41,606 bases of DNA from Chloroflexota bacterium (lineage in GTDB: Bacteria > Chloroflexota > Dehalococcoidia > UBA2979), in contig VXMT01000019.1 in the NCBI GenBank assembly GCA_009840965.1, positions 1 to 41,606 of the forward strand, in the 5' to 3' direction. Positions 25,494 to 34,651 of this stretch are shown in pieces; within the stretch, counting starts at the first letter, position 1; every line of letters begins with the position of its first letter. Below the pieces are notes generated by a model, which was not told the DNA's origin, did no database searches, and saw only the letters and a program-made list of their open reading frames with translations. Both the position numbers and the translations under genes were made by a program.

Positions 25494-26459
25494 GTGGGTG
25501 AGGCAGAGGCGAGGCAGACCGGGACACCGGCCGGCAGCGTGCTCGACCGCATCGGCGGCACGCCGCTCGTCGACATCTCCGTCATGTCGCCGAACTCCGA
25601 GGTCGCCATCTACGCCAAGCTCGAGGGCGAGAACCCGACCGGGTCGGTCAAGGACCGCATCGCCTGGTGGATGGTCGCCGGCGCCGAGCGCGACGGCCGC
25701 CTGGAGCCCGGCCAGACGATCCTCGAGCCGACCTCCGGCAACACCGGCATCTCGCTGGCGATGATCGGCCGCCTGCGTGGCTACCCCGTGAAGGTGGTGA
25801 TGCCGGACGCCGTCACGCGCGAGCGCGTCGAGCTGCTCGAGAGCTTCGGCGCGGAGATCCTCTACTCGCCGGGCGACCTCGGCACGAACGGCTCGGTACG
25901 CGAGGCGGAGCGCATCCACGCCGAGCACCCCGAGTGGTTCATGCCCTTCCAGTACGAGAACGAAGACAACCCGCGCGCCCACTACGAGAGCACCGCCCCC
26001 GAGATCATCGAGGACCTGCCCGACACGGACGTCTTCGTCGCCGGCCTCGGCACGGGCGGGACGCTGACCGGCGTGGGGCGGCGGCTCAAGGAGCACAACC
26101 CGGCCGTGCGCATCGTCGCCGCGGCGCCGCACCCGGGCGACCTCGTGCAGGGCCTGCGCAGCCTCGAGGAGGGCTACATCCCGCCCGTCCTCGACGAGTC
26201 CGTGCTCGATGGCCGCATCGTCGTCGACTCGGCGACCTCGTTCCGGCTGACGCGGGAGCTGACGGAGCGCACGGGCATCTTCGCCGGCGTCTCCAGCGGC
26301 GCCGCGGTGCGCGCCGCGCAACGCGCGGCGGAGCGGATGCGCAGCGGCACGATCGTCTGCCTGCTCGCGGACAGCGGCTGGAAGTACCTCTCCTCGGGCC
26401 TCTGGACGCAGGACTACGACGAGATCGAGGAAGACGTAAACACGACGCTCTGGTGGTAA
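25494..26459 (+). CDS. cysM: CysO-thiocarboxylate-dependent cysteine synthase B-type enzyme (CysM, Mtb Rv1336-like)
   Basis: IGGTPLV, NPTGSVKDRIA, EPTSGNTGISLA and GLGTGGTLTG are present. The C-terminal tail ...LLADSGWKYLSSGLW...TLWW resembles the mobile tail of Mtb CysM. Confidence 0.85.
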   Translation: MGEAEARQTGTPAGSVLDRIGGTPLVDISVMSPNSEVAIYAKLEGENPTGSVKDRIAWWMVAGAERDGRLEPGQTILEPTSGNTGISLAMIGRLRGYPVKVVMPDAVTRERVELLESFGAEILYSPGDLGTNGSVREAERIHAEHPEWFMPFQYENEDNPRAHYESTAPEIIEDLPDTDVFVAGLGTGGTLTGVGRRLKEHNPAVRIVAAAPHPGDLVQGLRSLEEGYIPPVLDESVLDGRIVVDSATSFRLTRELTERTGIFAGVSSGAAVRAAQRAAERMRSGTIVCLLADSGWKYLSSGLWTQDYDEIEEDVNTTLWW

Positions 26460-26470
26460 TCGGAGCGACG

Positions 26471-26516
26471 ACGAGACCGGCGGGCCGACCCGCCGGGAAG
26501 GGGGAAGCAAGATGGC
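26471..26516 (+). repeat. Copy A of a roughly 45-nt 5'-UTR motif: ACGAGAC, hairpin GGCGGG-CCGA-CCCGCC, then GAAGGGGGAAG and ATGGC
   Basis: It is nearly identical to 41149-41194. The hairpin (up to 8 bp) ends about 15 nt before the rhodanese ATG. Confidence 0.6.
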
Positions 26517-27336
26517 CGACAAGCTTGTGACGGCGGACTGGGTCGCCGAGCACGGCGGCGACTCGAACGTGAGGCTCGTCGAGGTGGACGTCGACACCGG
26601 CGCCTACGACGAGGGCCACATTGGGGGCGCCGTCGGCTGGAACTGGGCGACGCAACTGCAGGACCAGGTCCAGCGCGACGTGATCTCGAAGGACGACCTC
26701 GAGGAACTGCTCGCGGCGTCCGGGATCGGCAACGACACGCACGTGGTGCTCTACGGCGACAACAACAACTGGTTCGCCGCCTACGCGCTGTGGCTGCTAG
26801 AGCTCTACGGCCACGATCAGGTCTCGCTGATGGACGGCGGGCGCGTGAAGTGGATCGCCGACGGTCGCCCGCTGACGACCGACGCACCCTCGGTGGGCCG
26901 CGCCGGCTACACGGCCTCGGAGCAGGACGCGAGTCTGCGCGCGCAGCGCGACGAGGTGATCGCGGCCGTCGAGGCGCAGGCTCCGCAGCTGGTGGACGTG
27001 CGCAGCCCGGCCGAGTTCACCGGCGAGATCATCTCGCCGCCCGGCCTGCCGGAGACGGCGCAGCGCGGCGGGCACATCCCGGGCGCGATCAACGTGCCGT
27101 GGGCGCGCGCCGTCAACGAGGACGGCACCTTCCGCAGCGCCGACGAGCTGCGCGAGATCTACGGCGGCGCCGGCGTCAGCGAGGGCGATCCCGCGATCGC
27201 CTACTGCCGCATCGGCGAGCGCTCCTCACACACCTGGTTCGTGCTCAAGTACCTGCTCGGCCACGAGGACGTGAAGAACTACGACGGCTCGTGGACCGAG
27301 TACGGCTCGCTCATCGGCGTGCCGATCGAGACCTAG
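26512..27336 (+). CDS. Two-domain rhodanese (thiosulfate / 3-mercaptopyruvate sulfurtransferase, SseA/CysA-like)
   Basis: The active-site loop is AYCRIGERSSHTW. The N-terminal inactive rhodanese domain carries YDEGHIGGAV. 274 aa. Confidence 0.85.
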   Translation: MADKLVTADWVAEHGGDSNVRLVEVDVDTGAYDEGHIGGAVGWNWATQLQDQVQRDVISKDDLEELLAASGIGNDTHVVLYGDNNNWFAAYALWLLELYGHDQVSLMDGGRVKWIADGRPLTTDAPSVGRAGYTASEQDASLRAQRDEVIAAVEAQAPQLVDVRSPAEFTGEIISPPGLPETAQRGGHIPGAINVPWARAVNEDGTFRSADELREIYGGAGVSEGDPAIAYCRIGERSSHTWFVLKYLLGHEDVKNYDGSWTEYGSLIGVPIET

Positions 27337-27354
27337 CCGGGAGCGGCCGCGAGG

Positions 27355-27735
27355 ATGCCCGAGGTCGGTGCGGAGCGGGGCACGCAGCGCGCGCTCGTGG
27401 AGCGCGCGATCGCGCGCGGCGAGTACGGCCTGTTGACGCTGCGCTTCCGCGCCTCGGTGCTCGACCGTTACCGCGAACGCGCGGACGTGCGCCTGTTGCG
27501 CACGCGCACGGTCGGCCGCATCGCCGTCGTGCGCGGCTGGTCGCTCGACGCCGGGATCGCGCCCGGCGAGGAGGAGATCGAGGTCTTCGCCTCGGACTTC
27601 GCCGAGCGCCTGCCGGAGTCGGAGCGCGCGCACTGGCTGGATCACCTCGCCGCGCCGCCGTCGAGCGCGAACTTCGCGCTGATGCGGCTCGGCGGGAACG
27701 CCTGCATCGACGACGGCGAAGCGGAGGCCTGGTAG
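27355..27735 (+). CDS. Hypothetical protein (126 aa) between the rhodanese and the JAMM protease
   Basis: GC3 is high throughout. No motif is recognised. The C-terminus reads ...FALMRLGG-NACIDDGEAEAW. Its stop lies 2 nt before the JAMM gene start. Confidence 0.6.
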   Translation: MPEVGAERGTQRALVERAIARGEYGLLTLRFRASVLDRYRERADVRLLRTRTVGRIAVVRGWSLDAGIAPGEEEIEVFASDFAERLPESERAHWLDHLAAPPSSANFALMRLGGNACIDDGEAEAW

Positions 27736-27737
27736 CG

Positions 27738-28169
27738 ATGCCGCGCATCCCTCGCGCCATCGCCGATGAGATCGTCGCGCACGCGCGCGAGGATCTGCCG
27801 AACGAGGCCTGCGGCCTGGTGCACGCGAAGGACGGCGAGCCGGTCTCCGTGCATCGGGTGACCAACGTGGCGGCCAGCCCCTACCGCTTCGAGATGCACG
27901 GCATGGAGCAGATGCGGCTGGAGCAGCAGCGCGACGAACGAGGCGAGACGCTGTTCGCGATCTACCACTCGCACGTCGCCTCGCCCGCCTATCCCTCGCA
28001 GACCGACGTGCGGATGGCGTTCTTCCCACCCGGCGAGACGGAGAGCGCGCCGACCTATCCGGGGACTTTCTACCTGCTCGTCTCGCTCGCCGAGGAGCCT
28101 CCTCCGCTGCACACCTACTACATCCACAAGGGCGGCGTGATCGAGGAGATCCCCGCCGAGATCGTCTGA
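27738..28169 (+). CDS. mec: JAMM/MPN+ metalloprotease (Mec-like, Mov34 family)
   Basis: The glutamate lies in NEACGLV and the JAMM motif is IYHSHVASPAYPSQTD. 143 aa. It occupies the same genomic niche as Mtb Rv1334. Confidence 0.8.
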   Translation: MPRIPRAIADEIVAHAREDLPNEACGLVHAKDGEPVSVHRVTNVAASPYRFEMHGMEQMRLEQQRDERGETLFAIYHSHVASPAYPSQTDVRMAFFPPGETESAPTYPGTFYLLVSLAEEPPPLHTYYIHKGGVIEEIPAEIV

Positions 28170-28188
28170 CCGTGACGGAGCGTCCTCG

Positions 28189-29070
28189 ATGACGTTCGAG
28201 CCCACTCCCGCACCCGCGCAGCCGCCCGCGCCGATCGTGATCGGCGGGCGCTGCTTCGAGTGGGGGCGGCGCAGCTACGTGATGGGCATCGTCAACGCCA
28301 CGCCCGACTCGTTTTCCGGCGACGGCGTGCTCGACCCGGCCGCCGCCGCCGATCAGGCCGCGCGCATCGTCGAGGACGGCGCGGACCTGATCGACGTCGG
28401 CGCGGAATCCACGCGGCCGGACCACGAGCCTCTCGACGCGGCGGGCGAGTGGGCCCGCCTCGCGCCGGTGTTGCGCGCGCTGCGCGACGCCGTCTCCGCG
28501 CCGATCAGCGTCGACACCTCAAAGACGTACGTCGCCGAGCGCGCCTTCGACGCGGGCGCCGATGCGCTCAACGACGTGCACGGCCTGCGCGCCGACCCGG
28601 CGCTTGCGCCGCTGCTCGCGGCGCGGGGACTGCCCGCCGTGCTGATGCACAACCAGCGCGGCCGCCGCCCCTCCGACGACGTGATCGCCGACGTGCGTGC
28701 GGGCCTCGAAGAGTCGCTCGCGATCGCCGAGGCGGCGGGCGTGCGGCGCGAGCTGCTGATCCTCGACCCCGGCTTCGGGTTCGGCATCGGGCCGCAGCAG
28801 AGCCTCGAGCTCGTGCGCCGGTTGGGCGAGTTGCGCGACCTCGGCCGACCGTTGCTGCTGGGCAGCTCGCGCAAGTCCGCGATCGGCTGGGCGCTCGAGC
28901 GCGAGCAGGAGCCGCCCGCCGCGCGCGTGGCCGGGAGCGCCGCGACGGTCGCGCTCGCCATCGCCGCGGGGGCCGACATCGTGCGCGTCCACGACGTGCG
29001 CGAGATGGCCGACGTCGCGAGGGTGAGCGACGCCATCCTGCAAGGACGCCGCCGAGAGGAGCCGGCGTGA
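28189..29070 (+). CDS. folP: Dihydropteroate synthase
   Basis: [30 protein letters not shown] and LDPGFGF are present. Confidence 0.9.
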   Translation: MTFEPTPAPAQPPAPIVIGGRCFEWGRRSYVMGIVNATPDSFSGDGVLDPAAAADQAARIVEDGADLIDVGAESTRPDHEPLDAAGEWARLAPVLRALRDAVSAPISVDTSKTYVAERAFDAGADALNDVHGLRADPALAPLLAARGLPAVLMHNQRGRRPSDDVIADVRAGLEESLAIAEAAGVRRELLILDPGFGFGIGPQQSLELVRRLGELRDLGRPLLLGSSRKSAIGWALEREQEPPAARVAGSAATVALAIAAGADIVRVHDVREMADVARVSDAILQGRRREEPA

Positions 29071-29612
29071 GCGCGGACAGCGTGCGGGCGGACACCGAGC
29101 GGCGGGTCTACCTCGGCATCGGGGGCAACCTCGGCGACCGCGTCGCCGCGCTGCGCGCCGGCCTCGCGCGACTCGCCGAGGCGGGCGTGGCCGTCGAGGC
29201 CGTCTCCTCGCTCTGGGAGACGGAGCCGTGGGGCGGACCGGCCTGCGCCGAGCCCGCGCCGCCCTACGCCAACGCGGCGGCCTGCATCCGCAGTGCGCTC
29301 GAACCCCTCGAGCTGCTACGCCTCTGCAAGCGCATCGAGGTCGCCGCGGGCCGCGACCTGGACGCGCCGCGCAACAGCCCGCGCCCGCTCGACCTCGACC
29401 TGCTCCTGGCCGGCGAGCTGCGCATCGAGAGCGAGGAGCTGCGGATCCCGCACCCGCGCATGCACCAGCGCGGCTTCGTGCTTGTCCCGCTCGCGGAGAT
29501 CGCGCCCGACGTCGTGCACCCGCTGCTCGGACGCACCGTCGCCGACCTTCGTGACGAGGTCGGCCTCGAGGGCGTCGAACCGCTGGCTCCCGCAGGCTGG
29601 GAGTCCGGCTAG
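29067..29612 (+). CDS. folK: 2-amino-4-hydroxy-6-hydroxymethyldihydropteridine diphosphokinase
   Basis: GTG overlaps the folP stop (GTGA). [38 protein letters not shown] are present. Confidence 0.85.
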   Translation: MSADSVRADTERRVYLGIGGNLGDRVAALRAGLARLAEAGVAVEAVSSLWETEPWGGPACAEPAPPYANAAACIRSALEPLELLRLCKRIEVAAGRDLDAPRNSPRPLDLDLLLAGELRIESEELRIPHPRMHQRGFVLVPLAEIAPDVVHPLLGRTVADLRDEVGLEGVEPLAPAGWESG

Positions 29613-30352
29613 CCCTCCAGCAACCGCTCGCGCAAGCGCGCGATCAGTGCCTCGTCGACGCCTCCGAGGGCGAGCAGCGCCTGCGTCGAACCGAAGCGGT
29701 CGTCGATGCCGCGCAGCAGCGACTGCATCGTCGCCGGCGCGGCGTCGAGCATCTCGCGAGTCAGTTCGGTGCCCCATTGCTCGCCGCGCCTTACGACCTG
29801 CTCGTCGCTGAGATCGCGCCACAGCGTCAGGTACTCGCGGGTGAGCGCGTAGTCCTCGACGATCGTCTCGTCCGGCACGCCGAGCGTGCGCAGCAGCAGA
29901 GCCGAGGTCACGCCCGTGCGGTCCTTACCGCCCTCGCAGTTGAAGGCGACAGCCCGGTCTCCGTCGGCCCCGGCGATTGCAGCGAAGATCGTGCCAATCG
30001 CCAGCACGGCTTGGTCGATGCCGCGCAGATAGTCGAGACCGGGCCCGGCGCGGTCTCGCATCGAGACGACCCCGTAGGGCACGTGGCGGTGCTCGACGCC
30101 GTGCTCGTGCAGCGCGGAGATACCGCTGCGTTCCAGCTCATCGTTGGTTCGTAGATCCAGCACGAGCGCGAGGTCGAGGTCGAGCAGGCGCTGGACGTCC
30201 TCGGGCGTTGCCTGGGAGAGCGTGCTGGAGCGGAAGACGGTCCGCCAGCGCACACGCCGGCCCTCGCGCGTCTCGTACCCACCGAGGTCCCGGAAGTTCG
30301 TCACTCGTTCGAACTCGATGCGGCGCTCGAAGCCCTCCGGCGGATCGCTCAT
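29609..30352 (-). CDS. Protein tyrosine/serine phosphatase (Y_phosphatase3-like, CX5R)
   Basis: NFRDLGG is present and the active site is [11 protein letters not shown]. The start is at MSDPPEG (cat 30350-30352), overlapping the upstream stop (ATGA). Confidence 0.75.
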   Translation of the reverse strand: MSDPPEGFERRIEFERVTNFRDLGGYETREGRRVRWRTVFRSSTLSQATPEDVQRLLDLDLALVLDLRTNDELERSGISALHEHGVEHRHVPYGVVSMRDRAGPGLDYLRGIDQAVLAIGTIFAAIAGADGDRAVAFNCEGGKDRTGVTSALLLRTLGVPDETIVEDYALTREYLTLWRDLSDEQVVRRGEQWGTELTREMLDAAPATMQSLLRGIDDRFGSTQALLALGGVDEALIARLRERLLEG

Positions 30353-30576
30353 GGGCCGCTGCCTGATGGATCGTCCTCGTCGTCCCACCTGGCGTAGGCC
30401 ATCGTGTAGCCGACCCAGAAGGCGAGCACGGACAGCGCGGCGACGCCGGCCCCAACCGGCAGGGCCAGTGCGGCGTACGAGCGCCTCGAGGCGGCGCCGA
30501 GGAATACAAGCAGCTGCAGGACCGCGCCCGCCATCAGCAGCAGCCCGAGCCTGCGCGAGCGATCGCCCTCGCTCAT
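30349..30576 (-). CDS. Small two-TM membrane protein (75 aa)
   Basis: Two hydrophobic helices are followed by the acidic tail [12 protein letters not shown]. It is coupled at both ends by 4-nt overlaps to Trm112 and the phosphatase. Confidence 0.5.
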   Translation of the reverse strand: MSEGDRSRRLGLLLMAGAVLQLLVFLGAASRRSYAALALPVGAGVAALSVLAFWVGYTMAYARWDDEDDPSGSGP

Positions 30577-30791
30577 TCCGCGCCGCCCTCGAGTGTCGCG
30601 GCAAGCTTCGGCGGGAGCAGGTTGGGAATGCCTTCCTCGATGCGGTAGCGGTAGTCGCAGGCGGCGCAGTACAGCTCGCCGCGCACGATCTCCTCGCGGC
30701 CCTGCGCGTCCGCCCCGGTCTGCTCGACGGTCAGGGCGAGCTCGGCCTTGCACACGGGGCAGGCGAGGATCTCCAGCAACTCGGGGTGCAT
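30573..30791 (-). CDS. Trm112/UPF0434-family zinc-ribbon protein
   Basis: LLEILACPVCKAEL ... LYCAACDYRYRIEEGIPNLL is the classic Trm112 signature. Confidence 0.75.
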   Translation of the reverse strand: MHPELLEILACPVCKAELALTVEQTGADAQGREEIVRGELYCAACDYRYRIEEGIPNLLPPKLAATLEGGAE

Positions 30792-30921
30792 CGCGCCTCC
30801 CTGCGCGCCTCGGTGCGGCGGCGCTCAATGATAGGTGTTGCCGGCCGGGGGTGCTCGCTGGTGGCCGCGGGGCACCCTCTCTAGACTCGAAGATCCGAGG
30901 GCGCGACGGACGGGGCTGGCG

Positions 30922-31599
30922 ATGGCAGAGCGAATCCCGCTGCAACGCGCCGTCGCCGTGATCGGCGACGAGAGCGTCGCGATCCGGCGCTCCCGCGCCC
31001 AGCTCGTCGCGCCGCTGATCCAGCTCGCCCTCGCCGCGGGCTCGGTCGCGCTGATCGTCGCCTTCCTCGATGCGCTCCCGTTCGCCCTGCTCATGGTGCT
31101 GCTCGTCGTCGCGCTGCTGATGGGGCCGATCGCCACGCTCGGGCTGGTCTACAACGTGATCGGCCGCTCCGTGCTGCTGGAGCGCGAGAAGCAGTCCGTG
31201 CGCTGGCAGCAGGGCCTGCTCGGCCTCGGTCTCGGCACCGACGAGCTCGTGCCCTTCTGGCGCATCGACCACATCGCCGTCGAGGGCGACTACGAGGCCG
31301 AGCTGGCGAGCGGCGAGCGGCAGGACCTCGTGAGCTGGGAGGTCGAGCTGGTGAAGGACAACGGCAAGCGGCTCACGATCGGCACGGTCGTCGCCGCGCG
31401 CCCGCTCGCCGCCGAGGGCCTGGCGCGCGCCAACCGCCTCGCCGAGGCGGTCGCGGAGCGCAGCGACTCGCAGGCGCGCCTCGCCGCGCTGCCGGACGAG
31501 GAGCCGGAGGAGGCCGGCGCGACCGCAGCCTCGCGACCGCGCCGTCGCCGGCGCATGGTGCGGGCCGGCTCGGGCCCGCCGGAGCTGAGCGATGACTGA
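30922..31599 (+). CDS. Hypothetical membrane protein (two TM helices, a soluble domain and an Arg-rich tail)
   Basis: The start is at MAERIPL. The hydrophobic segments are LVAPLIQLALAAGSVALIVAFL and FALLMVLLVVALLMGPIATLGLV. No motif is recognised. Confidence 0.5.
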   Translation: MAERIPLQRAVAVIGDESVAIRRSRAQLVAPLIQLALAAGSVALIVAFLDALPFALLMVLLVVALLMGPIATLGLVYNVIGRSVLLEREKQSVRWQQGLLGLGLGTDELVPFWRIDHIAVEGDYEAELASGERQDLVSWEVELVKDNGKRLTIGTVVAARPLAAEGLARANRLAEAVAERSDSQARLAALPDEEPEEAGATAASRPRRRRRMVRAGSGPPELSDD

Positions 31600-32023
31600 G
31601 GAGCCGCTCGAACAGCGACTGTTGCGCGAGGCGCGCACGATCGCGGTCGTCGCGCGCTCGAATCGCACGACGCGGCCGTGGCACGACATCGCCGGCTACC
31701 TGATCGAGGCGGGATACCGCGTCTACCTCGTGAACCCGCTGCTCGACGAGGCGCACGAGCGACGCTGCTACGACAGCGTGTGCGAGCTGCCCGAGCGCGT
31801 CGACATCGTCGACGTCTTCCGCCTGCCCTGGGAGGTACCGGAGGTCGTCGAGGACGCCATCGACGCGAAGGCCGGGGCGGTCTGGCTGCAGATCGGTATC
31901 GTGCACGAGGGTGCGGCAGCGCGCGCGCGGGAGGCCGGACTGCAGGTGGTGATGGACCGCTGCACGAAGGTCGACCATCTGCGGATGCAGGCGGACGCAG
32001 CGGGTGGTGGTGCGCTACACTGA
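31592..32023 (+). CDS. CoA-binding domain protein (YccU/YneT-like)
   Basis: ARTIAVVARSNRTTRPWHDIAGYLIEAGYRVYLVNP ... VDIVDVFR ... AVWLQIG matches the CoA_binding_2 pattern. Confidence 0.8.
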   Translation: MTEEPLEQRLLREARTIAVVARSNRTTRPWHDIAGYLIEAGYRVYLVNPLLDEAHERRCYDSVCELPERVDIVDVFRLPWEVPEVVEDAIDAKAGAVWLQIGIVHEGAAARAREAGLQVVMDRCTKVDHLRMQADAAGGGALH

Positions 32024-32059
32024 CCATCTCCCCACTCGTCGGCGGAGAGAGGGGCGCGC

Positions 32060-33508
<1,449 letters not shown>

Positions 33509-33565
33509 GCACGAAGGGCGGGGTATGATCCGGCCAGGCCCGACGCCTCCCCCGGAGCCCGCGCG

Positions 33566-34636
33566 ATGAGCGCCTCGACCGAGCCTTCGCCCACCCCCCT
33601 GCGCTACGCCGACGCGGGCGTCGACGTGCAGGCCGCCGAGGCCAGCATTTCCGGTCTGCGCATGATCGCCGGGCGCGCGAGCCGCCCCGAGGTGCTCGGC
33701 GGCGTCGGCGCCTTCGCCGGCCTGTTCCGCCTCGGCGGGGGGTATCGCGACCCCGTGCTCGTGGCCAGCGCGGATGGCGTCGGCACGAAGCTGCTCATCG
33801 CCTCGGCGCTCGGGCGCTACGAGGGCGTCGGACAGGACCTCGTCAACCACTGCGTCAACGACATCCTCACCGCCGGCGCCGAGCCGCTGTTCTTCCTCGA
33901 CTACCTCGCGACCGCCGGGCTGCCGCAGGAGCAGCGGCTCGAGCTCGTCGCCGGCATCGGCGCGGCCTGCGAGGCGAACGGCGTCGCGCTGCTCGGCGGC
34001 GAGACCGCCGACATGCCGGACCTCTACCAGCCCGGCGACTACGACCTCGCCGGCTTCATCGTCGGCGTCGCCGAGCGCGACGCGATCCTCGACGGCTCCG
34101 CGATCGAGGAGGGCGACGTGCTGATCGCGCTGCCGTCGACGGGCCTGCAGACGAACGGCTACTCGCTCGTGCGCGAGATCTTCGGCGTGGGCAAGGGCCT
34201 TGGCGCTGAGCGCGACCGCGAGCTGCTGGACGAGCACGTCGAGGAGCTCGGCGGCACGCTCGGCGAGGCGCTGCTTGCGGTGCACGGCTCGTTCCTCGAG
34301 GTGGTGCGGCCGCTGCTGCCGCGCCTGCGCGGGATGGCGCATATCACCGGCGGCGGGCTGCCGGGCAACGTGCCGCGAATCCTACCCGGGGGCCTGCGCG
34401 CGCAGATCGACATGGCGAGCTGGGAGCCGGCGCCGCTCTTCGCGCACATCCAGCGCGCGGGGGGCATCGAGGACGGCGAGATGTTCCGCACGTTCAACAT
34501 GGGAATCGGCATGGTGCTGGTCGCGTCGCCCCCGGACGCGGCGGCCGTGCTGGAGGCGGCGCCGGGCAGCTGGCGCTGCGGCGTCGTCGAGCGCCGCGCC
34601 GAGGGCGCGCCGGCCGTCGCCGGACTGCCGGAGTAA
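33566..34636 (+). CDS. purM: Phosphoribosylformylglycinamidine cyclo-ligase (AIR synthetase)
   Basis: YADAGVDV, DGVGTKL, VNDILTAGAEPLFFLDY, GGETAEMP-like GGETADMP and HITGGG are present. Confidence 0.95.
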   Translation: MSASTEPSPTPLRYADAGVDVQAAEASISGLRMIAGRASRPEVLGGVGAFAGLFRLGGGYRDPVLVASADGVGTKLLIASALGRYEGVGQDLVNHCVNDILTAGAEPLFFLDYLATAGLPQEQRLELVAGIGAACEANGVALLGGETADMPDLYQPGDYDLAGFIVGVAERDAILDGSAIEEGDVLIALPSTGLQTNGYSLVREIFGVGKGLGAERDRELLDEHVEELGGTLGEALLAVHGSFLEVVRPLLPRLRGMAHITGGGLPGNVPRILPGGLRAQIDMASWEPAPLFAHIQRAGGIEDGEMFRTFNMGIGMVLVASPPDAAAVLEAAPGSWRCGVVERRAEGAPAVAGLPE

Positions 34637-34651
34637 CGAGGGGGAGGCACG

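Noticed and set aside
26790-28169. A 459-aa ORF spanning the rhodanese 3' half, the hypothetical gene and the JAMM gene. Similar N-terminal extensions occur in ORFs 3501, 10082, 15017, 15316, 22871, 23935, 28260 and 30349-31689.
   Set aside because: Only the C-terminal portions carry real motifs. The upstream portions are Arg-rich read-through over neighbouring genes in another frame. Starts were therefore moved to internal ATG, GTG or TTG codons that give canonical N-termini and sensible gene junctions.
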